Source of the DNA: Octopus vulgaris | Taxonomy: Eukaryota | Assembly (NCBI GenBank): GCA_951406725.2 | Contig: OX597815.1 | Location: forward strand, 129,704,001-129,768,000 | DNA length: 64,000 bases | Direction of reading: 5' to 3' | Shown here: piece by piece, positions 62,020 through 64,000 of the stretch | How the letters are laid out: the number at the start of each line of letters is the position of its first letter | Position numbering within the stretch: the first letter of the stretch is position 1 | Notes under the pieces: generated by a model | Told to the model about the DNA's origin: nothing | The model's database searches: none | The model's input: the letters and a program-made list of their open reading frames with translations, nothing else | Made by a program: the position numbers and the translations under genes

Positions 62020-63080
62020 ACAGTTTCGGGACAGGGGCGTAAGTCGATTACATCGACCTTATTACTGAACAGGTATTTATTTTATCGACCCCGAAAGAAT
62101 GAAAGGCAAAGTAGACCCCGGCGCCATTTGAACTCAGAACGTAAAGATGTACGAAATGTCGCTATGCATTTTGCTCGACGTGCTAACGGGTCGAATCGTT
62201 AGTATCTGCAAACGGTATTTCGCCCGTTTTGGAAACGGCGGCGGGCTGGCAGAAACGTTAGCACGCCGGGCGAAATGCGTAGCCGTATTTCGTCTGCCGT
62301 TACGTTGTGTGTTCAAATTCCGCCGAGGTCGACTTTGCCGTTCATCCTTTCGTACTGGGGTCGATGTAATCGAATTAATACCCATGTCTGTCCTTGTTTG
62401 TCCCCTCTGTGTTTAGCCCCTTGTGGGTAATAAAGAAATAGGCATTTCGCTCGGCTCTTTACGTTCTGAGTTCAAATAACGCAGAAGTCAACTTTACCGT
62501 TCATCCTACTGGGATCGAGAAGCTAAAGTACCAGTCAAATATTGGAGTCGCTGGTATCACTTACCTCCTCCCCTAAACTAGAAAGCTTTATTTGGAACGA
62601 GTATTTGGAAAACATCTGAAGAAAATATTTACTTATGAGAGTTGTCTTTCCTTATTTATTTCCAAATCAAAAATAGTGTTCTGCGATGAGCAAATGGATC
62701 TCCGTCGGTTTCGACGATAAGTTTTCAGTTGATAGCCCAACTGGACTATATGCTCGCTGCTTATTGAACAATCGTGCAAGTGGCAGATTATCCCACAGAC
62801 GTGTGTTCTTTTAGAGCAAGCTTCTCACAGAATCCGAATGATATTGTTTGGCAAGGCAAGGCGGCAAATTGGTAGAAACGTTAGCACATCGGGCGAAATG
62901 CTTAGCCGTATTTCATCTGTCTTCACGTTCTGAGTTCAAATTCCGCCGAGGTCAACTTTGCCTTTCATTCTTTCGGGGTCAATAAATTAAGTACCAGTTG
63001 CGTACTGGAGTAGATCTAATCGACCGGCCCTCCTCCTCCCCCAAAACTTCGGGCCTTGCACCTAGAATAGAAAAGGATAT
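62020..63080. mobile_element. Cluster of CpG-intact SINE family B copies in both orientations
   Basis: Minus copy at about 62020-62190; plus copies at 62237-62570 and 62860-63078 with intact A/B-box-like motifs (ctggcagaaacgttagc, gttcaaattcc). Confidence 0.8.
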
Positions 63081-63769
63081 TGATTGGCAACTTTTGAATT
63101 GCAGTCTTCGTCTCTCCAAATTACACTTACAAAACTTGGACCGATCCAAAACCACAGTAAATGACTCTTGGATAAGATGCTGCATAATGGGATCGAATAC
63201 GGGACCTTGTGATTGCGAAGCGAACTTCTTAACCATTCTTTCAAAGTACAATTAAAAAAATTAAGCGTAAAATAAAGATAATGAAGTACAAAGATTGGAA
63301 GAAATTAAGGAAACAACAACAACAAAAACATACATATGGCGATCTTTCGATAAGATCGCCAAACAGGCGATATTTATAGTAAACAATATATCTATGTTTA
63401 AAATATATTTATAATGAATAAAAATGGTTTCAAATTTTGGTACAAGGCTAGCAATTTCGGAGGAGGTGGGTGAGTCGAGATCATCGACCGCAGTGTCCAA
63501 CCGGTACTGATTTCATCGACTAAAAAGGTCGGAATTTGAACTCAGAACGTAAAGACGGACGAAATGCCATTAAGTATTTTGCCCTGCTTGCTGATGATTC
63601 TTGCAATAATAGCAAAAAAAAAAATGATATTCGTTTGTATTTGGTAAATTCAGGGGATAATACTTGATTATCTACGATCAAAATATACATCTCTACAATA
63701 ATAACAGCTGCCTCAAGTGTGGAAGAGACGAAAGGGTTTGTAGTTAGCAAAACCTAAATCCTTGTTTAG

Positions 63770-63947
63770 AACTGAAAATCGGAAGCGGAAATCACAATGT
63801 GTATAGCGGTGTCTCTGAAACTGAGAAACAACGAATCACAAGAGCTTTTACAGACAACCTTGTCGAATCGTATTAACCTTCAGTGAGGGTCGGTCTTCAA
63901 CGTTAACTCCAAACCGGCCATGTGCGCTGAGGAATCGTATTGCACAG
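63770..63947 (+). other. Possible first exon/promoter of a divergent plus-strand gene
   Basis: Unique CpG-rich DNA with an ETS-like ggaagcggaa, gccATG at 63920 (MCAEESYCT) and donor CAG|gtaacc at 63948. Confidence 0.3.
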
Positions 63948-64000
63948 GTAACCTCACTTCTTCTCTATTGGTTTCTCTATATCTTATGATTTGCTCCTCG

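Overview
AT-rich, repeat-dense eukaryotic DNA. The SINE/RTE repeat content and intron style suggest a coleoid cephalopod, probably Octopus (inference). Most of the window is one minus-strand gene, ARMC2 (armadillo repeat-containing 2, a ciliary radial-spoke transport adaptor). I assembled 16 GT-AG coding exons from 47732 down to 631 by hand. They are phase-consistent and give 646 codons with no stop; the gene continues beyond the left edge, and a probable 5' UTR exon lies near 57972. The introns contain tRNA-derived SINEs, RTE LINE 3' ends, a degraded Penelope-like element with ~400-bp inverted terminal arms, several minimal hammerhead-ribozyme-like motifs, a young Helitron, a Helentron/DINE-like element, hAT and piggyBac-type MITEs, a Tx1/L1 remnant and a 1.3-kb polypurine tract. 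Upstream, in a CpG-retaining zone, is the most unusual object: a ~1.6-kb polyadenylated element encoding only an ORF1/Gag-like protein (RRM-like region plus a CCHC knuckle) with an unrecognised C-terminal extension and no reverse transcriptase. All calls come from reading the sequence and recalled family knowledge; no searches were run.
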